From Gordius albopunctatus (Eukaryota): DNA of 64,000 bases. Below are positions 24,290-36,800 of this stretch, piece after piece; within the stretch, counting starts at the first letter, position 1, and every line of letters begins with the position of its first letter. The notes beneath the pieces were generated by a model, which saw only the letters and a program-made list of their open reading frames with translations, was not told the origin of the DNA and ran no database searches. The stretch spans positions 4,960,001 to 5,024,000 of the forward strand of contig OZ193909.1 in assembly GCA_964276515.1 (NCBI GenBank), read 5' to 3'. The translations under genes were made by a program, and so were the position numbers.

Positions 24290-25908
24290 ACATTTAATTT
24301 TAGTCGGATTTGATGACTAAAACAGAATTCGCATTTGATTTGTCTTATTATATATATACTAAAAATAGTGAGTTAAAATCCATGACGTGATAAAATTCGT
24401 GCTCTAAATAAATATTATGGATTTTTTATTTATTTGAATTATTATTTCATATATGACCCCATTTTAGATAAGTCTCATTAATAGGTTATACTTATTTAAC
24501 CACTTAAGGATGGCCGGGCACTGCTAGTCTAGTCTATATATAAAGTAAAGTCTATGTGTGTATGTAAGGGCTAAATTCTGAAACTACTGGACCGATTTGC
24601 GCGAAAATTTAACCGTATGTTCCCAGGGCGGCCAGGGGTAAAATAGCTTTTTCAGAATCCTAAAATTCCTTTTAGTTATAAAAATATGGGCCTTTTAGTT
24701 TTAAAAAATGGCTTAATTCTAAAACTACCTGCCTGATTCGCGCGAAAATTTAACCGTAGATGCCCAGGGCGGCCAGGGGTAAAATAGCTTTTTCAGAATC
24801 CTAAAATACCTTTTCGTTTTAAAAATATCGCACATTTCCCGGCCAGTTTAATTTATAGCAGCATATACAATAATGAAATCAGGAAAGTTAGAATATAAGT
24901 AGAAATATGTATTATTTATTTATAGGATTAATTTAATATTATTAAAAATATTAGGCTTATACATTTTATATATTGCAATGGGGCAAGAATTTTATCACGT
25001 CATGGATTTTATGAACCCACTATGTTTAGTGTATATATAATAAGAGAAACCAATTCACTTATGATAATTTGTCTGCTTTATTTATTTCTTCTTTATATTG
25101 TGAAATTTTATGTGATAATTTAAAGGGCAAGAATTAAAGAAATTATGTTGTGTTGTTATTTAAGTAAGCATCATTATTTTTAGTAGGGTTCTAAATGTAT
25201 ATCGTTACACATTTACTTTAACGTTTTTTTTTCCTTTCACCATAATGAGAAGTTATATAAAAAAAATACAAATGTCACAAGTATGGAGGCGATGTGGGAT
25301 CCATATTTCGGTTAATCAGGGAAGGGAAGGCGAGGAGGTAAAACTTTGCATAAAATTTTTTATAGTATGTACAGATGGTGCTAAAGCTAAAATTTATCCA
25401 CCGTAATTCTGTCTTAATTTTTCCATATATAACAAAGTGATGTGAATGATAAAAAAGGCATTTAAGAGTGGTTAAGAAAATATAACCCCCCAGGACACAA
25501 TAAATAAAAAATTTTCTTTGCCCTGCATTCCCGACAAACTCCTTACCTGCAATTAGTTATTTACGTTTACTTTCCATTGATTGTAAAAATAACACTACAA
25601 TTTAGATAAAACTTCTGCAAAAAATATCCCCACACACTTATAGTAAGTTAGTTAATTTGCCATACATAATGTATATGGCAAAACAACGTTTGCCGGGTCA
25701 GCTAGTTATATATATACTAAAAATAATGGGTTCATAAAATCCATGACGTGATGAAATTCGTGCTCTAAATAAATATTATGGATATTTTATTTATTTGAAT
25801 TATTATTTCATATATGACCCCATTTTAGATAAGTCTTATCTTATTAATAGGTTATACTTATTTAGCCACAGGACTGAGCCAAAGCAACGCTTGGTCGGGC
25901 ACAGCTAG
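24290..25908 (+). mobile_element. Cluster of tandem or chimeric non-autonomous Helitrons
   Basis: 3' CTAG ends at 24527, 25705 and 25908; a 5' TCTATATA start at 24533; blocks homologous to 13284-14019. Confidence 0.8.
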
Positions 25909-26149
25909 TTAATATTAAAAGTACAAAAAGATTACTTTAACGGTAATTTGATAAATGCAGACAATGGTTAACCGACAAACTTGAAATGCAGTTATATCAA
26001 CCTATTCAACTGCGGAACGCAATAGTCTAGCTAGAGGATCCTTGGGTTTATCCCCCCCCCCCTTAAATGACAAAAATAAATAAATATAAAAGCCCTTTAA
26101 AATTTATATTTTGCCCCCCCCCCCTAATACAAAACCTGGGCTGTCTTTT

Positions 26150-28297
26150 GCTACAAAAAGTATACATCGCACAATATAAACATGGATCAAATGCTACAAA
26201 ATTATAAGATTTATGCTTACAAATTCGAAAGAAAGCTTTGAATGTCGATCTGCTGCTGCTCCATTTTATATAGACTTACATCGTAAACAAAAATACAACC
26301 AAGATGATCTTTTGTCTTTCATCCTATCTAATGTTCCAATGAGAGCGACGCAACAAAAAGACATTTACAATAAGATTTTGCTTGCTGTTAATAAAGGTTA
26401 TGGAGAAGTCTTCTTCTTAGATGCTTGAGGAGGAACTGGTAAAACTTTCCTACTGACATTGCTCTGGCAACTATTCGTTCACAAATTAATATAGCCGTGG
26501 CTCTAGCGTCTTCCGGAAGGGCTGTAACATAATTACAGGGTAGAAAAACTGCTCAACCAGAAATTGACTTTAAACGCTTATTATTGTGAAACTCTAATGT
26601 GCAACATTTCCAGAACATATGGAATGGGTAGAGTATTACAGAAGTGCAAACTTATCGTTTGGGATGAATGCACAATGGATTATATCGCTCTAATCGGTAA
26701 TCGCAGGATTTACAAAGAACCCTAAAACCTGTTGGTAACGCAAGGTTATTGCTTGCAAGAGATTTCAGGCAAACTTTACCGGTTCTCTTACGATCCACCC
26801 CTGCGGACGAAATTAATGCTTGCCTAAAATATTCTATTTTGTTACCTTATGTAACGGGCTATTCTCGCCCCCAAGAATAATGACGTCCACGATCTTAACA
26901 ACCTCATTCTGTCTAAAATTCAAGGCAATCCAATTATTTACAAATCGGTTGTCACTGCTTTTGTTATTGATGATGCAAATTATCCACTCGAATCTTTCAA
27001 TTCAAATGATCTGGCTTCCATGCAACCTCACATTTTGCATTTGAAACATGGCGTACCAAGTATCGCGATGAGCGATTTCAGTCAGCCAAAATTTTGCAAT
27101 GGTTTACGTCTCGCTGTTAAAGGCTTGATGTGCAAAGTTGAAGAAGCCTCGATTTTGACTGGACATGTGCATTTTTAAATTCTATAACTCCATAACAGGG
27201 ATAGCTGTATATATCTTCATTTTAGCCTATCTACTAATACCAATATATTTCTTCCCCACCAACCATATCAATCTCCCAGTTTTATTCTTATTCAAACTTA
27301 TTTTTAGGTAAATTTAAGCGTAGTTTACTTTTTGCCGTCCGAAAACAGGCCTGGACCTGTCCCGACGGGTCGGGCATATCTTAACATCTCTCAGGTAAAG
27401 TGAAAACCGTATATGTACAATAAAAATATTAATATACCCATGGGCGTAGCCAGAGGGAGGCAGGGAGGGGTTGCTGCCCCCCATCCAAATTAATTTTATA
27501 ATTTATTAAAATTATGGTTAACATTTCAAAAAATTATCATTTTACTTTTGCCTAAATCATTATTACCCCCCTCTAATTCCAATGCTGGCTACCCTTATAA
27601 ATATAGTCCCTTTTTAAAATTTAACTACACTTGCATGTCTAAACTTATTATACCAATTTTTTTACTTTATACTTTTTAAGTCATTATCTTTATACTGGTT
27701 TTTATTATAATCATACCTCACCTATAATACCTTCACCTGATGAATGTTTTACTAGGTATAACGATATATAACTATATTTCTAATTTTTTTTCTCATACAT
27801 AAATATTTCGCTTCCATTATACTCGCAGAAATTTGTATAATTTCTAATTATTTCGCAGTTCAATCAAATATTATAAAAGCCTTCATTTAACCAAATTTGA
27901 AAGAAATCTTTTAATATCTCTTCATTTTGATACTATATAGATTTTAGGCTATGACATTACACTACTATAAACGCTGCGCTGTACTAAAATATTTTCTATA
28001 CATTGTCTAACATTATAACTAACTTTTATACACCAGTGCAGTGGTTTATAAATTTTTGTTACCCAGCTATGCATATTATCGTTAACATCGCACTTTTCAA
28101 CACATAAAATTAACAAATACCTTATAAGTATTTTAAACTATTCAAATCTATTTAATTATGAATAAGAAGGCCTTTTCCTATATTTTTTACATCTAAAACG
28201 ATTGACCCAATTTTTTTATAGATGTTTTATTAATTCAAACTAATTATTTAGCTAATTAAGGACTAAGCCAAAGCAACGCTTGGCCGGGCACAGCTAG
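26150..28297 (+). mobile_element. Decayed Helitron with a PIF1-type helicase pseudogene (about 26200-27170)
   Basis: Broken frames give FFLDA*GGTGKTFL (Walker A), CKLIVWDECTM, DFRQTLPV and QPKFCNGLRLAVK. Helitron 3' hairpin plus CTAG at 28267-28297. Confidence 0.85.
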
Positions 28298-29685
28298 TAA
28301 TTTAGAAAATTGCTAGTTAAGATGCTCAACAAGTTTTTTTGCAAGTGGATTGTGGAAAAAAATTAATGATTAAAATCTTTTTTGTCGAAAATTATTTAGT
28401 ATAAAAATAAAAAGTATATATAAACTTTTAAAGTATAGAGGGTCTTAGTCTTTCATGCAAATATAAATATTCTTAAAATATTTGATTATTAATTGATCAA
28501 ATTTTTTTAAATCACGTCCATGCTCGTTAATGAAAGTTGGTTCCTTTTGTTTTCGCTACCTATATATATTTTCTGGCTTCCTACTAATTATAGCACAAAG
28601 GATTGGATTTTAAAATGGTCTTGTTCAATATAAATACTTCGTAAATTTCTGTATAGTTAAATTGATTTGTAGGGTTGAATACATTGCCTTAATGGATTTG
28701 AAACTTAATTGACTCATTTACATGACCTTAGCTTCGCAACGTTAATTGACTCATTTAAATTACCTTACTACTTCGCGACGCTAATTGACCAATCAAATAT
28801 ACCTCGCGGATTCAACACTAAATGTTAATAATGTATTCAATTAATCCGCGATTATATAAAGGAGTTTAAAACGCTTCTTAATAACTTACGAACTCTTTTC
28901 GTTTTCCATTTTTTATTAGTATTAAATAAAGTAAATACTTACTTTAAAGATTTTTCTATGTGATAAATATTTTAGCAACTTTAGTCTACTGTATATGAAA
29001 AATAGTAAATTTGGACGTTTTTTAAATTATAGTTTATATTTTTATAACAAATTTTGAGCTTAAAAATTTATATGATTTTTATAAATAATAATTAGGTATC
29101 AATTAGTTAAAAAAATAATATGAGAATTATACTTTGGATTAAGGCAAAATGAAGGACATTTTGACAAGACGAATAAGTTATATATTAATGACCTAAAAAT
29201 TTTAGCAAATTTAATTATAAATGCCAACCAATTTATACCTAAAATTTTATATTCATGTTATTGAAAATAATGTATAACTGCCTGAGCCAACCTTATATTA
29301 TCAAATATTATTAAATATTAATTTTATTGCTTTAAAATGTAGATGAAAAATGGTATACAAATACAATAAAAAATAACCTATAATTTTGCCTTTTAAATTA
29401 TAAATAACTAAAAAATCTAAACCTATGGTCAAAACATTGCCTGGATGGCCTCAAATTAAACGAAAAGCTTTAACATTAATGCGAGTTAAACTGAACGTCA
29501 TATTAACCCTTAACCAACTGATGTGCTAACGATAACATAAACATTTATCTCTTTTTTGCCTTTAAGCCCAATGTTAAAAACTGCAACATTGTTCGAGGGG
29601 GTTTATCTTTTAATTTATAATTTTACAAAGTTGATTTTCTCTACCCACAAATATTTTAAGTTCTAACCCAAACCCGACCCTGTTA

Positions 29686-30041
29686 AGACTTGTCTTAATA
29701 TCGGATTTTGCTGCGCAGCAAAAATCGTCGTACGTGTTATAATATAACATAGCCATGTCTTAACTTCAAATTCACAGCAGATTTACATTTCAGACGCATA
29801 ACATAACAGCCAATTTGTAAGATGCAAATTTTTTCCTAAGCAGAAATATTATATGTGATTTAAATTTTTTGGTATCAGGAAAGTTGAGATTTCTATAGTT
29901 GAAATAAACAAAAAAACGTTTTTGACTATCAAAAAAATTATTAATAAATACAACCGAGTTTGACCCATGAAATTGAATAGGATATTTAGACAAAGATAAA
30001 TTCGCGCAATTTGAATGTGAATCCGATATTAAGACAAGCCC
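29686..30041. mobile_element. PIF/Harbinger-like MITE; second copy, inverted, at 35878-36234
   Basis: (GGG)CTTGTCTTAATATCGGATT / AATCCGATATTAAGACAAGCCC termini flanked by TTA; interior shared with the copy in the KIF3A intron. Confidence 0.8.
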
Positions 30042-30205
30042 TTAAAAACTTAACCCAATTCTTCTATCCTAAAATACCTAAGAAACTATTTTTAGTGCAA
30101 AAATAATTAACGAAGCAGCAATTTAACTCTACAATTCCATAATCCAAACTTCTATTATAGGTAAGCTTTTTAAACATTTATTATGTCAAGTGAGACAATA
30201 CGTAT

Positions 30206-30842
30206 TAGAGACTTGCAACGGGCCTATTTTGCTTGGTCGACCCGCCCGCTTCAAAAATTTCTAGGCCCGGGCCCGGCCCACTGGAAAAAGAAAAATTTGG
30301 CCCGGGCCCGGCCCTTAACATTTTTTTTCAAAACCCAGGCCCGACCCGGGCCCGTGGAAATTTTTTTTTGCAAATTTTTAAACGATTGTTATTTTTTTAT
30401 TAAAAAGTTAATTCAATTTTCAGTAATATATGTTACAAACATCAATAATGATAATCATGTAAAAACAATAAATCGTTAATTATTTTCGGTCTTAATCGGG
30501 TTCTTCTCTCTTCTAATAAGCGACCAGCCGTCAAGTATTACTTATAAAGTATCAATTCAAATTTCGCAGTACTTTTTGTAAATGTATGAATGAAAAGGGA
30601 AAAGTAAGTGTGTTTGTGTTGCGTATTGGGACACAAAAAAATTTAAATTAATAAAAAAACAGTTTAAATATAAGACGTTTGTCTTTGTTTAAGTTCTAAT
30701 TATTTTAAAGTATTTATTACTACACAAATAAAAAATTAACTATTTGGCAACGAGCTTTTAACGGTCTTAGCAAATTATTTTTTTAAGTCCAAAGCCCGCC
30801 CATACCCGGCCCGCGGGCCGGGCCGGGCCGTGCAGGTCTCTA
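30206..30842 (-). mobile_element. Internally deleted hAT element
   Basis: TAGAGACTTGCA...TGCAGGTCTCTA termini, perfect 8-bp TSD atacgtat, GGCCCG repeats. Minus strand about 30440-30535 encodes TAGRLLEERRTRLRPKIINDLLFLHDYHY*, like the end of a hAT dimerisation domain. Confidence 0.9.
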
Positions 30843-33802
30843 ATACGTATTACGACGATAGACATTTATATGGCTGAATGGGGGAGGAGCAACGATATAA
30901 ATTATTGGCCTTGTTGTCTCCTTCATTTATGTATTAAAATAATGGTTCCATAGCACTTATAACAACCACAAAATTCATATTAAAGTTGTTATCTATCAAA
31001 TGTGACATTTATCGATTTTTAGCCGCTCAGTCTTGTTATAAAACGAACAAAGAATAAGCCACCAATCAATCCAATTAACTAAAATTTTTACAGTTCCATT
31101 TTAATTTTTCACCCTGACACCTTGCTTTTAAAAGGTTTTATGATTAAAATAGCAATATTTGGCACAGATATTATCGGCTATTCATATGAATCGCATTTGA
31201 TATCGGATTTATAACTTGCGAACCTTATGTTTTGCTACATTTTAAATTTATGGGTTTAATCTTGATGGTCGACTTAATTCTAAATTTATTTAGGCGACAG
31301 TTTCTAATATAAAATTTTTAATCGTAAAATTCATCCAACTTACTTTTCATGACCATTTGTGGGCGAAAACTAGGGCCTAGGTTTAAATTGCTGGCTGTAC
31401 AATAATGGCGGCTTGATTTGCGTGGCGTTAAATTACATTTAAGTCTGACACGCGCCATTCATGAGGCTTGGTTTGGTTGTGATGAAATTTTTTACCGTGC
31501 TGAAATTGTAACTATGAAAAACGGTTGGGATTGTGTTGAAATTTCAATCATCGGGTAGTGGGTAAAATGTAAAACTAATTTTTAGTCGAATTTGTTTAAA
31601 ATTAAGTAGTTTTAGATCGGACTCGGGTTGACGACTTCGCACGACTATAGACCCTTTTTAAAAATTGTATAAGTTCCATATTGATAGATGGTCAGTAAAA
31701 TTTAGAGGATGGTATGGTTCGTACATAAATATTTTATATAGCTTTAAAATTAAAAATCCTGGATAGAGAATATGACTTTTTTAAATAAAATTAATGTTTA
31801 TAGCGCCATAGACATTTTTATTTAATTTCTTAAATTTCAAAAAATTGTCGTATTGCTCCTCCTTTAACCATTATTGCCCCCCTCTGGTTCCTATACTAGC
31901 TCACCCATGATCAACTTATTAATGAATCAAGTTTTAAAGCAATCTTATATTTTTTACTATTAAATTGTTTCCCCTTTAAATTTACTTTATGAATTATAGG
32001 CTTTACATCAAAGTCGGTATAAACGTTGTGCCATAGCTCATTGTCGTATATCATAACGATCCAATTTTTTAGAACAAAATGGAAAGCTGCTCGGGTTGTT
32101 TTTGACCCACGGTTTGCAAGTCCAATGGGCCCAAGCATATCTCGTCGGGACAATTTAACAGCTCTCCTGGTTCCTACTATAAGTCTCGTGTCGCCATTCA
32201 GCTGCAAGAAATGGTCATGCGTTGCCCGATGATATCACATGGAGGCTGACGATTGTCTGCTCTTATCTAGTGAATGTATTAGTACTTAATTATTTGAATT
32301 TGTGACTTGTCTCTAAAAACAAATGAGCCAGAATTTTTCAATGCTTGAATGATATGACTTAATTCCAACAATAGTTTTGCCTCTAAGAACAGAACCAGAA
32401 TTTATAAAATACCCCTATAAGGAATATTTTGAACCATTGATTTTTATATTTAAGAATACGAATATTTATCTACAAAAATTTATAATTTTATTTTTACTTC
32501 AAATATGATTATATTAACTCTCATTTGGTGTATAAAGTTTGTAATCGAGGACATACTAAATATTTAGACAATTTCGCAATCATCCGTTATAAACTTATAA
32601 ACCAACAACCTAGAATTTATGTATAATGGTATTTAGTTTAGGCCCATAAAAAAAAATGAATATTGGCCTCGGGTAAGGTCAAAAGATTAAAGCCAACCAT
32701 CGGTCATTAGATAGTCTATTTGCGAAACCAAAATACATAAGTCCAGACCCATTAAAAACCCTTATAAGATCAATGGTAATTATGCAAAATTTACAAGTTG
32801 GACAGGACATGACAGGACACGACAGCTAAAAGCAAGTCCATATATTACATAGAAATTAATTAAACATAAGGTATTGGTCTAGAAATATTAACTTTCGAAT
32901 GTATAGGCAGGTTTAGAGAAAAAGAGTCATTAATTACTCTTTAATTTTGAATAAGCGTTTATAGATTATTTCCTAATTTAAATTGAGCGAACCAAAATAT
33001 GATTCATTTCAAACATTTTAAGTTTAAACATGAGTAAAATTGAAAAATCCCTTTATTAAATAATTTTTGTTTATTTTTGTAATTGTTCATTTTTGCACAA
33101 AAAATTATATATAAATACTTTAACCTTTTAATTTAAATACATCACTTAAAATTTTTTATAGAAAATTTCGTGAAAATATAGAAAGCTAGTACAAAACTCA
33201 CAAGGCAGCAATCTTTAGGCTTTTTATACAAATCGGAAAAATGAGGCTAATTTTACCCCATTGGGGGGGGGGGGCGTAGCGGCTTCTCCCGTATCCTTCT
33301 TTTGCTTACGCCACTGCGCCAAGTAGTTTATTCTCTCTACAGTTTGTCAATGCTTTTTTTATTTATAAATAATTAAATATCAATTTTTCAATGAGGAGTG
33401 CTTAATCTTCCAATTATTTAGGATAAAAATTTATCATGCCTTAAAAAAGTGTGTCAGATTATAAATGTCGGTGGCCCGTCAATTTGCCAAAAACCATCTC
33501 GGTGAATTGAATGTCCCAAGGTTAAAAATGTCCCTCAATTTGAAAATGTTCCCCAGCAAATGAATTTATTAATCTATCAATTTAGGATTAAAGTTAAAAT
33601 TTAGGTTTTTTTAATTAATAAAATTTTTATGATAAGCACTATATTTAGAGCCTTCTTTAGGATAATGAAGAAAATGTTAATTAATGACCCAGGGTGAATT
33701 CGGCAATCATTTTCGGCGAGTTGATAGGACACCATAAAGCTCTTGACATGTCGAAAATGTTTTGTAATGAGATGAATGCAATTTTTAACAGCTGGAAGTG
33801 AA

Positions 33803-36800
33803 ATGGCAAAGTCAGAAAATGTTCAAGTTGCAATTAGATGTCGCCCTCTAACTCACAAAGAGTTAGATGACGACCATAAAGATATAATTTTAGTAATTGC
33901 ATATTTGCTCAATAAATTTTATAATAGATTGATGAAGTTAGTAAAACTATTACTATAAAAAATCCTAATAATGAAGAGGAAAAAACATTTACATTTGACA
34001 ACATATTTAGCAAAGAATCTTCACAAATTGATATATATGATTTAATTGCCAAACCACTTGTTGAAAGTGTTTTTGAAGGATACAATGGTAATTGTTTTTA
34101 AAGCACATTCAAAAGGCCATGTTTATTAATAAATTGATTAAAGGAACAATATTTGCTTATGGGCAGACTGGAACAGGAAAGACTTATACAATGGAGGGAA
34201 CTGAAAGTGATTTAGGAATTATTTCAAGATCTTTTCTTCAAATATTTAAATATATATCTGAGGCTGGTGATGATAAAAAGTATATATATATATATAATTT
34301 ACCAAATGTTTGAAATGTAATTTAATTTAATCTTAAAATAGTAACTTATTATTAAAAACTTTGCTAAATAAAATAAAATATATTATTTCTATTAGTTTAT
34401 GTAATCTTACAAACATTTTAAACCCAATATTAATTGACATTTGATTGTTTAGGTTTTTAGTAAGAGCTTCATATTTGGAGATTTATAATGAAGAAGTCAG
34501 GGATTTGCTTTCTAAGGATTTGCACAAGCGTCTTGATGTGGTTGAAAGGCCTGATGTGGGTGTAAATGTTAAGAATCTACTTACCATTGTTGTCAATAGC
34601 CAAACTGAAATGGAAAAAATTATGAGATTTGGCAATAAAAATAGTAATTGTCACATTTTTGATACTTTATATTATTTTAAATAGTTATTAGCAGATCAAT
34701 TGCTTGACAATTGATATCATATATAAATTCTAATTGGGGTGATGAGTTTGAAATTGATTATTTATTTTTAAAAATAAGTCTTTCTCAATAGTTTCAATAG
34801 CCACAAACTTACATTCTAAAAACTTAGATAATTTTACGTGTGAAATAATTATAGTAAAGAGCACCATTTGATAGGTAGTTATAAAATGCTTTTACTCAAT
34901 ATGCTAGCATATTTTGCATTTAAAAATTTGTACTACCAAAGTTTATATAAATTATGATTTAAAAATGATGTGACACTTTAAATTTTGGTGAGGGCCATTT
35001 TTTTCTTACAAAGGATAATTTACCACATCTTTATGACACCATAATACTAAAAAATGATATAAGTTTCTGCATTTAAAACAACCTATTCCTTTGTTAATAT
35101 TATAATGAATTTTTATTCAGCTAAACAAATAAAATTAAACTAACACCACAATGTCAAAAATGTTTTAAATGACTCCACCTTTACCTTCTATATTAGAATC
35201 TACATGCACCTTATCATATTATAAAAATAAAAAAAACAGTATTCAACCCCTTATGATTTATCCTAAGGTGCCTTGGGGACATCTTATTGTAAGAAAGGAT
35301 GACACAAACTATATAAAATTTAGCAAACAAATTGACCATGGACAAATTTTGCCTACTCACATATATATCATTTTTGTTCTTAGGAGCATGTGGGACCACT
35401 AATATGAATGAACATAGCTCAAGATCCCACGCTATTTTTACTGTTACCTTAGAGTGTAGCCGAGACGAATCCAATTTCCGCATGGGTAAACTTCACCTAG
35501 TAGATTTGGCTGGTTCTGAACGCCAAGGTAAAACGGGCAGCACCGGGCTCAGACTGAAAGAAGCTTCGAAAATTAATCTGTCTCTCTCAACCCTTGGGAC
35601 CGTCATATCAGCCCTCTCATCATCTAGTTATTTGATTTTTCATAATTAGCTAATTTATATTATAATTAAGATTCGTGAACCGTCAGATATGAAATTTGGA
35701 TAGCTTTTATAGCTCTGTGATGGAGTGAGATGGGCTCAAAGTTTTTAAAATATTTTTTATATTAGAATTTTATGATCACGGACAATGTAAAAAACATATA
35801 ATCAACATATACTGTTTACACTATATAAATTGCAACGGTATTTGCCTATTGACACTGGCTTAATTTTTAAAGTCATAGGGCTTGTCTTAATATTATCGGG
35901 TTAAGATTCAAATCGCGCGAATTTATCTTTGTCTAAATATCCGATTCAATTGCATGGGTCAAACTCGGTTGTAATTTATATTTTGTTTTTTGATAGTTAA
36001 AAACGTTTTCTTGTTTATTTCAACTCTTGAGATTAAATCTAAACTTTGCCGATACCTTAAAAATGAAAAACATACAACATTTACGTTTGGGAAAATTTTG
36101 CATCTTACAAAATAGCTCTTATTTTATGCCTTTGAAATGTAAATCTGCCGTGAATTCGAAGTTAAAACACGGCTATGTTGTAACCCGTCCGACGATTTTT
36201 GCTGTGCAGCCGAATTTGATATTAAGGCAAGCCCTTTGTTCTAGAGCATGGACTAGTGATGATCAAAACCTAGGTTTTGATCAGGCAACCTGAGGGTTCA
36301 GGTTCGGGTGTTCAAAAACCTTTTACCAGGTTTTTGAACACCCGAACCTTAACCTGAGGTTGATCCCGAAAATCAACCTGAAAAACCTTCAGGTCAATTT
36401 TATCCCCAACCTGAAACCCAGGTTGACCTCAGGTTAACCTGATAAAAATCTCTTGTTTTATGCGATAAATTTAAGAATAAATTTATATTTTACTTTAACT
36501 ATTTTCCTTTTTCAAGATGCGTCAAACTTTTTAAATATTTACAATTTTAAATGAAGAAAAAATAGTTTTTGGTTATTATTATAAAAAAAAATAAGATTTT
36601 TTTATATAAAAATTTAATTAATTGTTAAACATGTATATTACTCGATAACGCCATCTATATGTTTATAAATTTTGATAAATAAAGTGTGGGGATATGTTTA
36701 TCAAAATTTATAAACATATAGATGGCGTTATCGAGTAATATACATGTTTAACAATTAATTAAATTTTTATATAAAAAAATCTTATTTTTTTATATAATAA

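Noticed and set aside
27330..27410. Short GC-rich segment checked as a possible ribozyme or structured RNA
   Set aside because: No hammerhead core (CTGANGA...GAAA) and no convincing HDV-like pairing; it lies inside a Helitron relic.
30183..30479. 98-aa ORF rich in GP/ARP
   Set aside because: Artefact of GGCCCG subterminal repeats of the hAT element. The ORFs at 8316, 9842, 16972, 36027 and 36939 likewise overlap transposon ends or MITEs.
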